Notes: generated by a model from the letters alone, not told the origin. 64,000 bases of DNA from Paracoccaceae bacterium (GCA_050290705.1 JBNKIC010000026.1:365699-429698); one strand, 5' to 3'; positions 18,891 to 30,764 are shown, counted from the stretch's first letter. Program-made: numbers and translations.

Positions 18891-19658
18891 TCAGGCGCCC
18901 CATTTGGCCTCATGCTTGGTCAGGGTCTTCTCGGCGGCTTTTAGCGCCTTTTTCAACCCTGCGCCAATCGAGCCACCGGCGATCTGATCGCTGGACAGCG
19001 CGCCGGAATGGGCGGCGCAGAGCCAGTGCGGATCGGCCCAATTCTGCATCAGCTTTTCGCCCCAGGCGCGGAAATCCGCTGCGGCACCGGGCCGCTTTTC
19101 CAGCGCAAAGCGTAAGGTGGGATGCACTGAGATCTTGGGCTTTTTACGCAATCCTTTGGCGGGCATCATCCCGAAGGTATCGTCCACATGCAGGCTGCGG
19201 CTGGCCTTGTGCCAGACCAGCACCGAGGCGCAGTGGATATGCTCGTTCGGGTGGATGAAACTCACGCCCTCGGGCACGGAAAATACCAGATCGGGGGCAA
19301 ACTCCGCCCAGAGCGCCGGATCTTCCACGCGCAGCGCTTCCCATTTCAGATCGGGGAATTTCTCGATATGGCGCGCGGTGCCGTAATGCTTTGCCTCGGG
19401 AAAATCCGCCTGCATCGCTTCCACATGCACGGTGTGGAACGGATGGGTGTTCAGCACCGCCGCCACCTTGCCGCCGGTGATCACATCCACTTCGGCGCGC
19501 TGCTCGGGCGTCAGCGTATAGCTGTCGAGAAACACAAACCGCCCGTCAGACAGTCTGACCAGCGAGGCCTGCGTGCCGATATCGAGAAGCCCGGCGATCT
19601 TGAACGAGCCGCGCAGGTTCCAAAAGCCGTGGCCACAATCAATGATACTGTGTTGCAT
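18891..19658 (-). CDS. Conserved hypothetical protein, probable metallo-beta-lactamase-like fold
   Basis: VFLDSY, LNTHPFHTVH, LHVDD, LCAAH spaced like MBL metal motifs; GGAG-like RBS. Confidence 0.55.
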   Translation of the reverse strand: MQHSIIDCGHGFWNLRGSFKIAGLLDIGTQASLVRLSDGRFVFLDSYTLTPEQRAEVDVITGGKVAAVLNTHPFHTVHVEAMQADFPEAKHYGTARHIEKFPDLKWEALRVEDPALWAEFAPDLVFSVPEGVSFIHPNEHIHCASVLVWHKASRSLHVDDTFGMMPAKGLRKKPKISVHPTLRFALEKRPGAAADFRAWGEKLMQNWADPHWLCAAHSGALSSDQIAGGSIGAGLKKALKAAEKTLTKHEAKWGA

Positions 19659-19735
19659 GAGGATCTCCGTTTTTGACGGCCTATCCGGGGCAGGGCAGCA
19701 GGGAAAGCGTGCCGCTACGTCAGATCACGCGGCTG

Positions 19736-21061
19736 TCACAGCGGGCGGATGCGCAGCTGGGCGATGCGGTTGTCGAGCCGCTTCACCACTTCAAAGCGGA
19801 AACCGTGAAACGAAAACACCTGCCCCTCGCTCGGGATCATCTGCGCCTCGTGGATCACCAGCCCGGCCACGGTATTGGCCTCTTCGTCGGGCAGGCTCCA
19901 GTCCATCGCCCGATTGAGGTCGCGGATCGTCATCGCGCCATCGACCAGATACGAGCCATCGGGCTGCGGCTTCACCTCCTGCTCGGCGGCTTCGGTGTCA
20001 AACTCGTCGGTGATCTCGCCGACGATCTCTTCCAGAATGTCTTCCAGCGTGATCAGCCCCTGCAGGCTGCCATATTCATCCACCACCAGCGCGAAATGCG
20101 CGTGGCGCTTGAGGAAATTGCGCATCTGCTCATCGAGCGGCGTGGTTTCCGGCACGAAATAGGGCTCTTTCGCCACGCTGAGGATGTCAAACTTGGCAAA
20201 GGCATCGGTGCGCGCGTCCTTGTCGAGCGCCGCTTCGCCCTCGGCATACATCGCGCGGGTCAGATCTTTGGCGTGAATCACCCCCACGATGTTTTCCGGC
20301 TCGCCCTTGAAGATGGGCAGGCGGGTATAGGACGACTGCAGCGCCTGCTCCAGCACATCGCCCGCGGGCAGATCGGCATCAATCATCTCGATCTGCGAGC
20401 GGTGCAGCATGATTTCCTCAACCGTGCGGTCGCTGAGGTCGAGCGCCCCCAGCAGCCGGTCGCGGTCTTCCTTTTCCACCGCGCCTTCGACATGGCCAAG
20501 CGCGATGGCCCCGGCGATTTCATCGCGCACCGCCAAAAGCTGCGCATTCGGATCGGTCTCGACCCCAAACAGCTTCAACAGCCCCCGCGTAAGCGCACGC
20601 ACCGCCGTCACGATCGGGGCGAAGACCAGAACGATCGCGCGGATCGGCACCGATACCCGCGCGGCGGCATCTTCGGGCCGGGTGATCGCATAGGTCTTGG
20701 GCAGCACCTCGGCAAAGATCAGCACCAGAAAGGTCATCACCAGTGTCGCCCAGGCCACGCCATTGACGCCAAACAGTCGGGTGAACAGCGCGGTGGCCAG
20801 CGAGGCCGACAGGATATTCACCAGATTGTTGCCCAGAAGCACTGAGCCGATCAGCCGCTCGCTGTCTTCGGTGATCGCCAGAGCGCGCCCGGCGGATTTG
20901 TCGCCCTTATCGGCGCGGGCGCGCAGTTTCCCGCGCGAGGCGGCGGTTAGCGCCGTCTCGGAGCCCGAGAAAAACGCCGAGAGCACCAAGAGAAGCGCAA
21001 TCGCGCCAACGCTTATCCAAAAGGCTGCGTCAAAAAAGCTGCCCGGTTCGGCACTGTTCAT
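19736..21061 (-). CDS. HlyC/CorC family CBS-domain transporter (DUF21-CBS-CorC)
   Basis: SAFFSGSETA, LLGNNLVN, FAEVLPK, VVDEYG, TLEDILEEIVGEI; start uncertain. Confidence 0.9.
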   Translation of the reverse strand: MNSAEPGSFFDAAFWISVGAIALLLVLSAFFSGSETALTAASRGKLRARADKGDKSAGRALAITEDSERLIGSVLLGNNLVNILSASLATALFTRLFGVNGVAWATLVMTFLVLIFAEVLPKTYAITRPEDAAARVSVPIRAIVLVFAPIVTAVRALTRGLLKLFGVETDPNAQLLAVRDEIAGAIALGHVEGAVEKEDRDRLLGALDLSDRTVEEIMLHRSQIEMIDADLPAGDVLEQALQSSYTRLPIFKGEPENIVGVIHAKDLTRAMYAEGEAALDKDARTDAFAKFDILSVAKEPYFVPETTPLDEQMRNFLKRHAHFALVVDEYGSLQGLITLEDILEEIVGEITDEFDTEAAEQEVKPQPDGSYLVDGAMTIRDLNRAMDWSLPDEEANTVAGLVIHEAQMIPSEGQVFSFHGFRFEVVKRLDNRIAQLRIRPL

Positions 21062-21128
21062 GTCATTGTCTTTCAGACTGTTTCGTCTTTGTATGAAGCG
21101 GAGCAGGCCGCGTTTCAAGGGAGGTCCC

Positions 21129-21935
21129 ATGAAGATCGCAAAGCTCGGAACTCTTGTTGGCCCGGTGATCGCCTATGGCGGCGCGCTGGGAAACCTTACA
21201 GCTCTGGGCGCGCTTCTGCGCGAAGCCACGCGTGCGGGCATCCCGTCGGCCCGGGTGATTTGCACCGGCGACATTGTTGGGATCTGCGCGCAGGGGGCTG
21301 ATTGCGTGGCCGCGACGCGGGCCTTTGGCGGGCCGGTGGTAGCGGGCAATATCGAACGGCAGCTGACGGTCGGGGCCAGCGACAGCGGCTCGGGCTTTCC
21401 GCTGGGGGGCGAAACCGCGCGGTTGGCACAGCGTTGGTGGAGCCAGACCAGTGCCGAGATTGACGGGCCTGCCCGCGACTGGATGGAAGCGCTGCCGGAC
21501 ATGCTGCTCTTTGCCCATGAGGGGCGGCGCTACGCGGTGATCCATGGCGGGCTGACCGATGCGGCGCGCTATCTCTGGCCGTCCTCGCCCGACACTCTGT
21601 TTCAGCAAGAGCTTCTGGCCATCGAGGCGGCGGCGGGCCCGGTTGACGGGGTTATCGCCGGGCATTGCGGCATCGCCTTTGAGCGGGTGATCGGCGGGGT
21701 GCACTGGATCAATGCCGGGATGATCGGCCTGCCACCCCATGACGGGCGGCGCGGCGGGCGCTATGTGCGGCTCGATACCGATGGCGCGCGCATCCTGCGG
21801 CTTGACTACGATCCCGCCCCGGCCTTTGCCGCGATGGTCACCCATGGGCGCACCCAAGGCTATGATCTCACGCTGATGGAGGGCTATTGGCCCAGCGAAG
21901 ACCTGTTGCCGCCCGACATGCGCACCCCGGTCTAG
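21129..21935 (+). CDS. Calcineurin-like metallophosphoesterase family protein
   Basis: CTGDIV, AGN, IHGG, AGHCG, INAG motifs; GGAGG RBS before ATG 21129. Confidence 0.75.
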   Translation: MKIAKLGTLVGPVIAYGGALGNLTALGALLREATRAGIPSARVICTGDIVGICAQGADCVAATRAFGGPVVAGNIERQLTVGASDSGSGFPLGGETARLAQRWWSQTSAEIDGPARDWMEALPDMLLFAHEGRRYAVIHGGLTDAARYLWPSSPDTLFQQELLAIEAAAGPVDGVIAGHCGIAFERVIGGVHWINAGMIGLPPHDGRRGGRYVRLDTDGARILRLDYDPAPAFAAMVTHGRTQGYDLTLMEGYWPSEDLLPPDMRTPV

Positions 21936-21964
21936 CCTCGGCACCAACGCATTGGCCTCCAACG

Positions 21965-21991
21965 AAAAAGGCCGCCCGAAGGCGGCCCTTT
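21965..21991 (-). terminator. Rho-independent terminator of gltA (bidirectional)
   Basis: AAAAAGGCCGCC-CGAA-GGCGGCCCTTT. Confidence 0.75.
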
Positions 21992-22008
21992 GATGATGTG
22001 GCGGGCAA

Positions 22009-23307
22009 TCAGCCGCGCTCTTCGACGTCCACGTAGTCGCGGAAGGGCTCGCCGATATAAAGCTGACGCGGACGACCGATTTTCTGGGCCGGATCGCCGA
22101 TCATTTCTTTCCACTGCGAAATCCAGCCCACGGTGCGCGCCAGCGCAAAGATCGGGGTGAACATCGAGGTCGGGAAGCCCATCGCCTCAAGGATGATGCC
22201 GGAATAGAAGTCCACGTTCGGGTAGAGCTTCTTCGAGACGAAATAGTCGTCTTCCAGCGCGATCCGTTCGAGTTCCTTGGCAACCTGCAGGGTCGGGTTG
22301 TCTTCAATCCCGAGCAGTTCCAGCACCTCGTCAGCCGATTCCTTCATCACCTTCGCCCGCGGGTCGAAGTTTTTGTAAACCCGGTGACCAAAGCCCATCA
22401 GGCGGAACGGGTCCGACTTGTCTTTGGCGCGGGCGATGAATTCGGGAATGCGGTCAACCGTGCCGATCTCTTTCAGCATCTCAAGGCAAGCCTGGTTGGC
22501 GCCACCATGGGCCGGACCCCAGAGGCAGGCGATGCCGGCAGCGATACAGGCGAACGGGTTGGCCCCCGACGAACCGGCCAGACGCACGGTCGAAGTCGAG
22601 GCGTTCTGTTCGTGATCGGCATGCAGGGTGAAGATCCGGTCCATGGCGCGGGCCAGGATCGGGTTCACCTCGTAATCCTCGGCCGGAACCGAGAAGCACA
22701 TGTAAAGGAAGTTCGAGGCGTAATCGAGCGAGTTCTTCGGATAAACGAAGGGCTGACCGACCGCGTATTTATAGGCCATCGCGGTGATCGTCGGCATCTT
22801 GGCGATCATGCGCACGGCGGCGACTTCGCGCTGCCACGGGTCCGAAATATCGACCGAATCGTGGTAGAAGGCCGACAGCGCGCCAACCACACCCACCATC
22901 GTCGCCATCGGGTGCGCGTCACGGCGATACCCCGAGAAGAACTTGGTCAGTTGTTCGTGCACCATCGTGTGACGGGTCACGCGGAATTCAAAGGCTTCCA
23001 GATCTTCCGCCGTCGGCAGGTGTCCGTAGAGAAGCAGAAAGCAAACTTCGAGGAAATGCGATTTCTCAGCGAGCTGTTCGATCGGGTAGCCGCGATACAG
23101 CAGTTCGCCTTTGTCACCGTCGATAAAGGTGATGGCGCTTTCGCAGCTCGAGGTCGAGGTGAAGCCCGGATCGTGGGTAAAAACCCCGCTCTGAGCATAA
23201 AGCTTAGTGATGTCGATCACGTCCGGACCAGCCGAAGGCGAGTACATTGGCAGCTCAAGTTCCGTCTCACCAAAGGTGAGTTTGGCAGTTCCTGTCTGGT
23301 TTGGCAT
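22009..23307 (-). CDS. gltA: Citrate synthase (type II)
   Basis: [51 protein letters not shown]. Confidence 0.97.
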   Translation of the reverse strand: MPNQTGTAKLTFGETELELPMYSPSAGPDVIDITKLYAQSGVFTHDPGFTSTSSCESAITFIDGDKGELLYRGYPIEQLAEKSHFLEVCFLLLYGHLPTAEDLEAFEFRVTRHTMVHEQLTKFFSGYRRDAHPMATMVGVVGALSAFYHDSVDISDPWQREVAAVRMIAKMPTITAMAYKYAVGQPFVYPKNSLDYASNFLYMCFSVPAEDYEVNPILARAMDRIFTLHADHEQNASTSTVRLAGSSGANPFACIAAGIACLWGPAHGGANQACLEMLKEIGTVDRIPEFIARAKDKSDPFRLMGFGHRVYKNFDPRAKVMKESADEVLELLGIEDNPTLQVAKELERIALEDDYFVSKKLYPNVDFYSGIILEAMGFPTSMFTPIFALARTVGWISQWKEMIGDPAQKIGRPRQLYIGEPFRDYVDVEERG

Positions 23308-23349
23308 GCACATCCCTTTCTCAAAGGCCCGTCCCGGCAGGGGGGGCGG

Positions 23350-24753
23350 TTAAACGGCAGCTTCCTCAAGGCGGGCGATGGTTTCATCGCGCCCGAGCAG
23401 CAGCATCATATCGAAAACGCTAGGAGTAACGGCCCGTCCCGCAAGGGCTGCGCGCAATGGCGCGGCCAGCTTGCCAAACTTGGTGCCGTGTGCTTCGGCG
23501 AGCGAGTTCAGGATCTCCTCCAGCGTGTCGCGCTCCCAGCTAGCAGCTTGCAGATGCGGCGTCAATTCACTCAGTATACCACGGGATACATCATTCAGCG
23601 CGCTTGCTGCTTTTTCATCACATTCAATCGGGCGGGACGTAAGGGCAAAATGAGCTTTATCAATAAGTTGCGGCAGGGTTTTAGCCCCGTTCTTCACCAG
23701 AGGCATGGCTTGTGTTAGCGCCTCACATTCTTTTGCACTCAGCGCGGTGCGACCAGCTGCCGCAAGGTAATCCTGCACCTGCGAAACCAGCGCGTCATCT
23801 TCGCTCGCTGCAATGTGCAGCCCCGAGATGTGATCGAGCTTTTTGAAGTCGAACCGCGCAGCGCCTTTGCCGATTCCACCGAAATCAAACCACTCCATCG
23901 CCTGCGCATCGGTGAAGAATTCATCGTCGCCATGGCTCCAGCCCAGACGGGCCAGATAGTTGCGCATCGCCGACGCCGGATAGCCCATGGCGCGGTATTC
24001 CTCGACCCCAAGCGAGCCGTGGCGTTTCGAAAGCTTCTTGCCGTCGGGGCCATGGATCAGCGGGATATGCGCATAGACCGGCAGCGCCCAGCCCATCGCC
24101 GTATAGACATGCACCTGCCGCGCGGTGTTGTTCAGGTGGTCATCGCCGCGGATCACATGGGTGACGCCCATATCGTGATCGTCCACCACCACCGCGAGCA
24201 TATAGGTCGGCGTACCATCCGAGCGCAGCAGGATCATATCGTCGAGCTGGTCGTTTTTGATCGTGACCTTGCCCTGCACCTGATCATCGATCACCGTCGC
24301 GCCTTCGCGCGGGGCTTTCAGGCGGATCACATAAGGGGCATCGGGGTAGCTGGCCGGGTCGGCATCGCGCCAGGGGCTTTGATAAAGCGTCGAACGACCC
24401 GCCGCGCGGGCTTCCTCGCGGAAGGCGGCAATTTCGTCCTGGCTGGCAAAGCATTTATAGGCATGGCCCGCCGCCAACATTTCGCGCGCCACTTCGGCGT
24501 GCCGGTCGGCGCGCTCGAACTGGCTGACCGGCTCGTCATCGTAATCGAGTCCGAGCCATTTCATCCCCTCAAGGATCGCCGCCGTCGCTTCCGGCGTCGA
24601 GCGCGCGCGGTCGGTATCTTCGATGCGCAGCAGAAACTTGCCACCGCGCCCGCGCGCATACAGCCAGTTGAACAGCGCCGTGCGGGCGGTGCCGATATGC
24701 ATATAGCCGGTGGGCGAGGGGGCGATGCGGGTGACGACAGGACGGTCGGACAT
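23350..24753 (-). CDS. gltX: Glutamate--tRNA ligase
   Basis: [13 protein letters not shown] (HIGH), LRIEDTD, KLSKR (KMSKS); canonical gltX-gltA order. Confidence 0.96.
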   Translation of the reverse strand: MSDRPVVTRIAPSPTGYMHIGTARTALFNWLYARGRGGKFLLRIEDTDRARSTPEATAAILEGMKWLGLDYDDEPVSQFERADRHAEVAREMLAAGHAYKCFASQDEIAAFREEARAAGRSTLYQSPWRDADPASYPDAPYVIRLKAPREGATVIDDQVQGKVTIKNDQLDDMILLRSDGTPTYMLAVVVDDHDMGVTHVIRGDDHLNNTARQVHVYTAMGWALPVYAHIPLIHGPDGKKLSKRHGSLGVEEYRAMGYPASAMRNYLARLGWSHGDDEFFTDAQAMEWFDFGGIGKGAARFDFKKLDHISGLHIAASEDDALVSQVQDYLAAAGRTALSAKECEALTQAMPLVKNGAKTLPQLIDKAHFALTSRPIECDEKAASALNDVSRGILSELTPHLQAASWERDTLEEILNSLAEAHGTKFGKLAAPLRAALAGRAVTPSVFDMMLLLGRDETIARLEEAAV

Positions 24754-24834
24754 GGGGAGCGTTAACCTTTTGGAAACCAAGATTGAGCTAAGGTTGATGC
24801 CGGTGTCTAGACGCTGGGAGGGCAGAGAACAAGG

Positions 24835-26892
24835 GTGACGCCGCTGGTCCATCTCTCTGCCCGGCTGGAAGGGCTGAACGGGCGTCGCCTGCTATTTGCG
24901 CCGGTCTGTCTGGGGCTTGGGGTCGGGGCCTATTTCACCCTGCCGCGCGAACCTGTTCCCGCCGAATGGACCGGGATCGCCGCGCTCGCGTTTCTGCTTC
25001 TGGGGCTAAGCTGGCGGCTCCGCACCCGCGATCTTGCCGGGCTCTCCTTTCTCACCACCGGGCTTTCGCTGCTGCTCGCCGGGCTTCTGGTCGCCGGGCT
25101 GCGCACCGAGCTCAGCCGCGCCCCGGTGCTGGGTTTTCGCTATTACGGCCCGGTCGAAGGGCGGGTGGTGGTGATTGACCGCTCCGCCTCAGAGGCAGTG
25201 CGTCTGACCCTCGATCACGTGCGCCTTGACCGCGTTGCGCCTGACCGCCGCCCGGCGCGGGTACGGGTTTCGCTCCATGGCGATCAGGGCTTTGTCACCC
25301 CGGCGCCGGGGCAGGTGCTGGCGATGACCGCTTTTCTCGGCCCGCCGGATGGGCCGGTCGAGCCGGGGGGCTTCGATTTTCGCCGCATGGCCTGGTATGA
25401 CCGGCTGGGCGCGGTGGGCTACACCCGCGCGCCGGTGCTGCTGCTTTCCCCCGCACCAGAGGGCTGGGAGCTGGCCATCACCCGGCAACGCGCCGCCATC
25501 TCGGCCTGGGTACGGGCGCGGATGCCGGGCGAGGCGGGGGCCTTTGCTGCCGCGATCATGACCGGCGACCGCTCCGCCATCAGCACCGAAACCCTGACCG
25601 ATCTGCGTGGTGCCAATCTGGCCCACTTGCTGGCCATATCCGGCCTGCATATGGGTCTGCTCACCGGCTTCATCTATGCTGCTCTGCGCGCCGGTCTTGC
25701 CCTCATCCCGGGCCTTGCCGACCGTGCCCCGATCCGCAAATTTGCCGCCCTTGCCGCGCTGGCCTCCGGCGCGCTCTATCTGGCGCTGTCGGGCGGGAAT
25801 GTCGCCACCGAGCGCGCTTATATCATGGTAGGGGTGATGTTCGGCGCGGTGCTGATCGACCGGCGCGCGCTGACCTTGCGCGCGGTGGCGCTGGCGGCCC
25901 TGATCATCCTGCTCACCCAGCCCGAAGCCCTGACCGAGCCGGGTTTCCAGATGTCATTCGCCGCGACAACCGCGCTTGTGGCGGTGTTCGCCTCCTTGCG
26001 CGACTGGCGCGGCTGGCAGCCGCCCCGTTGGGCGCGCCGGGTGCTGACCGTAGTGATTTCCTCGGCGGTGGCGGGGCTGGCCACCGCGCCCTTTGCCGCC
26101 GCGCATTTCAACCAGATCTCGCATTACGGGCTTCTGGCCAATCTGCTCGCGGTGCCGGTGATGGGTGCGCTGGTGATGCCGCTGGCGGTGCTGACGGCGC
26201 TGCTCGCCCCTGTTGGCCTTGGCTGGCTGCCGCTCTGGCTGATGCGCTTTGCAATTCTTTGGATACTGGGCGTGGCCGATTGGGTGGCGGGCCTTCACGG
26301 CGCGCTGGGTCATGCGGCCAGCCCCGGCCCATTCGTGCTGCCGATGATCGCTTTGGGCGGGCTGATGCTGGCACTGTTTCTGGGCCGGGCGCGGCTTTGG
26401 GGGCTCATGCCGCTGGCTCTTGGCTTTGCGCTCTGGGCCGGGGCCGCGCGCCCGCCGGTGCTGGTTGCCTCTAGCGGCGGGCTGATCGGCCTTATCACCC
26501 TCGAGGGCCGCGCTCTGTCAAAATCCAGCGGCGACAGCTTTACCGCGCAGGTCTGGCTGGAAAACGATGGCGATACCGCGTCACAAGCCGAGGCCGCCGC
26601 GCGCCCGGGGCTGAGCGCGACGGGCGGGCTGAGATATGCGGATCTGGGAGGTCCTGTGGTGGCGAGCCTGACCGGTCGCGGCGCCCTTGAGCACCTGCCA
26701 GAAGCCTGCACCAAAGCCGCAATCGTGCTCCTGTCCGTAAAGGTGGAAACCGCCCCCGAAGGCTGCGTGATCTATGATGAAAAACGCCTAATCCAAACCG
26801 GCGCGCTGGCGATCTGGCCCGAGGGGCAGGGGTTGCGGATAGACAGCGTGGCCGATCATGCCGGGCAGCGGCCCTGGACCGGCGCGCGGTAA
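24835..26892 (+). CDS. comEC: ComEC/Rec2 DNA uptake channel
   Basis: [34 protein letters not shown]; divergent from gltX as typical in alphaproteobacteria. Confidence 0.92.
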   Translation: MTPLVHLSARLEGLNGRRLLFAPVCLGLGVGAYFTLPREPVPAEWTGIAALAFLLLGLSWRLRTRDLAGLSFLTTGLSLLLAGLLVAGLRTELSRAPVLGFRYYGPVEGRVVVIDRSASEAVRLTLDHVRLDRVAPDRRPARVRVSLHGDQGFVTPAPGQVLAMTAFLGPPDGPVEPGGFDFRRMAWYDRLGAVGYTRAPVLLLSPAPEGWELAITRQRAAISAWVRARMPGEAGAFAAAIMTGDRSAISTETLTDLRGANLAHLLAISGLHMGLLTGFIYAALRAGLALIPGLADRAPIRKFAALAALASGALYLALSGGNVATERAYIMVGVMFGAVLIDRRALTLRAVALAALIILLTQPEALTEPGFQMSFAATTALVAVFASLRDWRGWQPPRWARRVLTVVISSAVAGLATAPFAAAHFNQISHYGLLANLLAVPVMGALVMPLAVLTALLAPVGLGWLPLWLMRFAILWILGVADWVAGLHGALGHAASPGPFVLPMIALGGLMLALFLGRARLWGLMPLALGFALWAGAARPPVLVASSGGLIGLITLEGRALSKSSGDSFTAQVWLENDGDTASQAEAAARPGLSATGGLRYADLGGPVVASLTGRGALEHLPEACTKAAIVLLSVKVETAPEGCVIYDEKRLIQTGALAIWPEGQGLRIDSVADHAGQRPWTGAR

Positions 26893-26971
26893 GGCATCCC
26901 ACCAAAGAAAACGCCCGGGCCTTCTGACGCCGGGCGCGGACCCTCTGAAGGGAACCTGTTCTGGAATTTGC

Positions 26972-27670
26972 TCAGTAGCTGCGGATCAGCCCCACCAGCC
27001 GTCCTTGCACCTCGACCTGATCGGCACGCAGCAGGCGGGTTTCAAAGGCCGGGTTGGCAGCTTCCAGCATCACCATATCGCCGTTCTTGCGATAGCGTTT
27101 CAGCGTCGCCTCATAGCCCTCAACCTGCGCTACGACGATATCGCCGTTATTGGCCACCGAGGTTTCGCGGATGATCACCACATCGCCATCGTTGATACCC
27201 GCGTCGATCATGGATTCGCCTTTGACCTCAAGCGCATAATGCCGGTCGCGGCTGTTCACCATGCTGCCGGGCACCGCCACATGGCTCTGCCCGTCGCTGA
27301 TCGCCTCAATCGGAATACCGGCGGCGATGCGCCCCATCAGCGGCAATTCCAGTGCCGGAGCGGCGTCGAGCGCGATGGCGCCAGAGGGTTTCTGCGCCGG
27401 TCGGTCGCCGTCGATCACCCTGGGTGAAAATCCGGCCTTGCCGCCCGCTTCCAGAGCGTCGGGCAGTTTGACAATTTCAATCGCGCGGGCGCGGTGGGGC
27501 AGGCGGCGGATAAAGCCGCGCTCTTCCAGCGCAGTGATCAGCCGGTGAATGCCCGACTTCGAGCGCAGATCCAGCGCCTCTTTCATTTCATCAAACGACG
27601 GAGGTACCCCGTCGCGCTGCAGGCGCTTGTTGATAAAATCAAGCAGGTCCAATTGCTTACGGGTCAACAT
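26972..27670 (-). CDS. lexA: SOS repressor LexA
   Basis: MLTRKQ..., [19 protein letters not shown] cleavage site, GESM (Ser), ATLK (Lys). Confidence 0.97.
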   Translation of the reverse strand: MLTRKQLDLLDFINKRLQRDGVPPSFDEMKEALDLRSKSGIHRLITALEERGFIRRLPHRARAIEIVKLPDALEAGGKAGFSPRVIDGDRPAQKPSGAIALDAAPALELPLMGRIAAGIPIEAISDGQSHVAVPGSMVNSRDRHYALEVKGESMIDAGINDGDVVIIRETSVANNGDIVVAQVEGYEATLKRYRKNGDMVMLEAANPAFETRLLRADQVEVQGRLVGLIRSY

Positions 27671-27725
27671 ATGCTCGTCCCTCCGGTGCCGCGTTCTGCG
27701 TGCCGTGCTGCCTTACGGCCAGTTT

Positions 27726-27751
27726 GTTCGATCTATGTTCTAACCGTGTTC
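27726..27751. promoter_or_regulatory. Triple alphaproteobacterial LexA box GTTC-N7-GTTC-N7-GTTC
   Basis: GTTC gatctat GTTC taaccgt GTTC upstream of lexA. Confidence 0.85.
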
Positions 27752-27793
27752 CCGTTTCGTGTCAACTCTCGGGGCAGGGAACCCCTTGATCGC

Positions 27794-28966
27794 TCACAAC
27801 GGAAGGTAGCGCACCGTTTCGCCCGCCTGCAGCGCCGGATCGCCCACCGGGCGGATCAAAAGCGCATTGGCATGTGACAGGATCGACAGAAGCGAGCTGT
27901 CCTGCCGCGACATCGGACGAATGTGGCCCGCCTCGACCACCGCGCGCATGTAATGCACTCGGTCGCCGTTTTCCGGCAGGTCTTCGGCCAGCACGGCCTC
28001 CAGCTCGGGCGCGGGGGCGGCCCCCAGCCCCTGCATTGCATAGAGCATCGGCACCACGAAAATCTGACCGCAGACCATGGCAGATACCGGATTACCCGGC
28101 AGCCCGACCAGCGCCGCATCATCCAGCCGCCCGGCCATCAGCGGTTTGCCGGGGCGCATCGCGACCTTGTAGAAGCTTTGCTCCATGCCCAGTTCGGCGG
28201 CGACCGGCGCCACCAGATCAAAATCGCCCACCGAAACCCCGCCGATGGTCACCACCAGATCCGCATCGCTGGCCAGACCGAAAGCGGCTTTCAGACTGGC
28301 TTCATTATCGCGGGCAATCGGCAAGATCCGGGCCTTGGCCCCGGCGGCCTCAAACATCGCTTTCAGCCCGAAAGCATTGGAGGCAATGATCTGATCGGGC
28401 CCCGGATCTTCGCCGGGCATCACCAGCTCGTCGCCGGTGGCCATCAGCGCCACATCGGGGCGGCGATAGACCTCAACCGTGCCCGCATTCATCGAGGCCA
28501 GCAGGGCCAGATCGCGGGCGGTCAGGCGGCGCGGCGCGCTGACCTCATCGCCAATGGTGAAATCCGCCCCCGCCGGGCGCAGATGCGGGCCGCGGCTGAG
28601 GTTGCGGCCAAGGGTGATCAGATCGCCCTCGCGTGTCACGTCTTCCTGAATGATCACCCGGTCGGCGCCCACCGGCACCGGCGCACCGGTGAAAATGCGC
28701 ACGCATTGCCCGGGGCCAACCGAGCCTTCGAACCGATCGCCAGCCGCCGAGGTGCCGATGACCTTGAACATCGCATCTGCTTCGGCCTCGACCCCCTTCA
28801 GCGCATAGCCATCCATCGCCGAAGCGGCAAAAGGCGGCTGATTGCGCGCGGCCGCAACCGGCTTGGCCAACACCCGCCCGGCAGCCTCGGCCAGCGGAAT
28901 GATTTCGGTATCAAGCGGTTTCGCCAGCGCGAAGAGCTGATCGAGAGCTTCGGAAACGGTGATCAT
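27794..28966 (-). CDS. moeA: Molybdopterin molybdotransferase
   Basis: SAMDGYA, RIFTGAP, TGDEL, GGVSVGD, MRPGKP, GLPGNPVS. Confidence 0.95.
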   Translation of the reverse strand: MITVSEALDQLFALAKPLDTEIIPLAEAAGRVLAKPVAAARNQPPFAASAMDGYALKGVEAEADAMFKVIGTSAAGDRFEGSVGPGQCVRIFTGAPVPVGADRVIIQEDVTREGDLITLGRNLSRGPHLRPAGADFTIGDEVSAPRRLTARDLALLASMNAGTVEVYRRPDVALMATGDELVMPGEDPGPDQIIASNAFGLKAMFEAAGAKARILPIARDNEASLKAAFGLASDADLVVTIGGVSVGDFDLVAPVAAELGMEQSFYKVAMRPGKPLMAGRLDDAALVGLPGNPVSAMVCGQIFVVPMLYAMQGLGAAPAPELEAVLAEDLPENGDRVHYMRAVVEAGHIRPMSRQDSSLLSILSHANALLIRPVGDPALQAGETVRYLPL

Positions 28967-29445
28967 CACATTGCCTCATATGTGCCGGACTTGCCGCCGG
29001 TTTTGGAGAGAAGCCGCAGCCCCTCGATGCGCATGGATTTTTCGGCGGCTTTCAGCATGTCATAGACGGTCAGAGCGGCGGTGCTGGCGGCGGTGAGCGC
29101 TTCCATCTCCACCCCGGTCTGGCCCGAGGTCTTGACCGTGGCGCGGATGCGCACGCCGGGCAAGGTGTCATCCGGTTCCAGCTCCAGCGCCACTTTGGTG
29201 ATCGGCAGCGGATGGCAGAGCGGGATGAGGTCTGAGGTTTTCTTCGCCCCCATGATCCCGGCCAGCCGCGCCACGCCCAGCACATCGCCCTTTTTGGCAC
29301 TCCCGGCTTTGACCAGATCGAGCGTTGCGGGCTGCATGATCACCAGCGCTTCGGCCACGGCCTCGCGGGCGGTGACCGCCTTGCCCGAGACATCGACCAT
29401 ATGCGCCTGACCGGCCTCGTCGAAATGGCTAAGCTTATCGGTCAT
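28966..29445 (-). CDS. moaC: Cyclic pyranopterin monophosphate synthase
   Basis: [35 protein letters not shown]. Confidence 0.96.
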   Translation of the reverse strand: MTDKLSHFDEAGQAHMVDVSGKAVTAREAVAEALVIMQPATLDLVKAGSAKKGDVLGVARLAGIMGAKKTSDLIPLCHPLPITKVALELEPDDTLPGVRIRATVKTSGQTGVEMEALTAASTAALTVYDMLKAAEKSMRIEGLRLLSKTGGKSGTYEAM

Positions 29446-30242
29446 GCGGGCACCGGATTGGCAAGAAGGGCGCGGGTGGCAGCTTCGACATCGTCCTGCC
29501 GCATCAGGCTTTCGCCGATCAGGAAAGCGCGCGCGCCCACCTCGGCCATCGCGGCCAGATCCGCCGGGGTGAACAGGCCGGATTCGCAGACCATCAGCCG
29601 GTCGTCCGGCACCAGCGGCGCCATGGCGCGGGTGGTGTTCAGATCGGTCTCGAAGGTTTTCAGGTTGCGGTTGTTGATGCCCAGCAGCGGCGATTTCAGA
29701 TCCATTGCCCGGGCCAGCTCGCGCCCGTCATGCACCTCGACCAGCACATCCATGCCCCAGTCAAAAGCCGCCGCTTCCAGCTCTTTCGCCTGCGCATCGT
29801 CCAGCGAGGCCATGATCAAGAGGATGCAATCGGCCCCGAGCGCACGGGCCTCGGCGATCTGATAGGGATCGTAGATGAAATCCTTGCGCAACACCGGCAG
29901 GCTCACGGCGGCGCGGGCGGCCACGAGAAATTCGTCAGCGCCCTGAAAGCTTGGTGTATCGGTCAGAACCGACAAGCAGGTGGCGCCGCCCAGCTCATAG
30001 GCGCGGGCAATCGCGGGCGGATCGAAATCGGGCCGGATCAACCCCTTGGAGGGCGAGGCTTTCTTGACCTCGGCGATCAGCCCATAGCCGGTTTTCGTGG
30101 CGGCTGTCAGTGCGGCGGCAAAGCCCCGCACCGGACTGGCCGCACGCGCATTGGCTTCCACATCGCCCAGCGGCCGTTCGGCCTTGCGGGCAGCGATTTC
30201 TTCAAGCTTGTAGGCTTTGATTTTGTCGAGAACATTGGTCAT
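29442..30242 (-). CDS. trpC: Indole-3-glycerol phosphate synthase
   Basis: [42 protein letters not shown]. Confidence 0.96.
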   Translation of the reverse strand: MTNVLDKIKAYKLEEIAARKAERPLGDVEANARAASPVRGFAAALTAATKTGYGLIAEVKKASPSKGLIRPDFDPPAIARAYELGGATCLSVLTDTPSFQGADEFLVAARAAVSLPVLRKDFIYDPYQIAEARALGADCILLIMASLDDAQAKELEAAAFDWGMDVLVEVHDGRELARAMDLKSPLLGINNRNLKTFETDLNTTRAMAPLVPDDRLMVCESGLFTPADLAAMAEVGARAFLIGESLMRQDDVEAATRALLANPVPA

Positions 30243-30341
30243 GGCCAAGGTTTACGCGGGGATGTGCCGCCGGGCAATGGGCGTTGTGTCCCAGTTGCAC
30301 GATGGGCGGAAGGGCGAAGCCGTGGGATCAGCCCCGGAGGC

Positions 30342-30764
30342 TCACGCGATGTCAAATCCCGACGGTGCCAGCTCAAACCCTTCGAACTGAAACCCCGGCG
30401 AGACGGTGCAGCCCACCAGCGTCCAATCGCCCAGCGGCTCTGCCGATTGCCAGTGATGCGGCGGTACGATCACCTGCGGGCTTTGCCCTTGGGCCAGATC
30501 GGCGCCCAGCAGATGGGGCAGGGCGGGGCCGGATTCGGTGGCCGCCAGCCGCAACCTCAGCGGGCTGCCCGCATGAAAATGCCAGATCTCGGTGGCATCG
30601 ACCCGGTGCCAATGGCTCCGCTCGCCCGCTTTCAAGAGAAACAGAATCGCCGTCCCCGAAGCCCGCGCGCCTTCATCTGCCTCCGCCCGCCATGTCTCAC
30701 GATACCAGCCCCCTTCAGGATGCGGGGCAAGGTTCAGGGCAGCAATGATCTCGTCGGCGGTCAT
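30342..30764 (-). CDS. Cupin_5 (DUF985) family protein
   Basis: PHPEGGWYRET, SHWHRVD..E.WHFH.G, CTVSPGFQFEGFELA. Confidence 0.88.
   Translation of the reverse strand: MTADEIIAALNLAPHPEGGWYRETWRAEADEGARASGTAILFLLKAGERSHWHRVDATEIWHFHAGSPLRLRLAATESGPALPHLLGADLAQGQSPQVIVPPHHWQSAEPLGDWTLVGCTVSPGFQFEGFELAPSGFDIA

Noticed and set aside
24761-24778. CtrA box upstream of comEC (TTAACCTTTTGGAAAC)
   Set aside because: Plausible biologically, but the second half-site is too degenerate to support from sequence alone.
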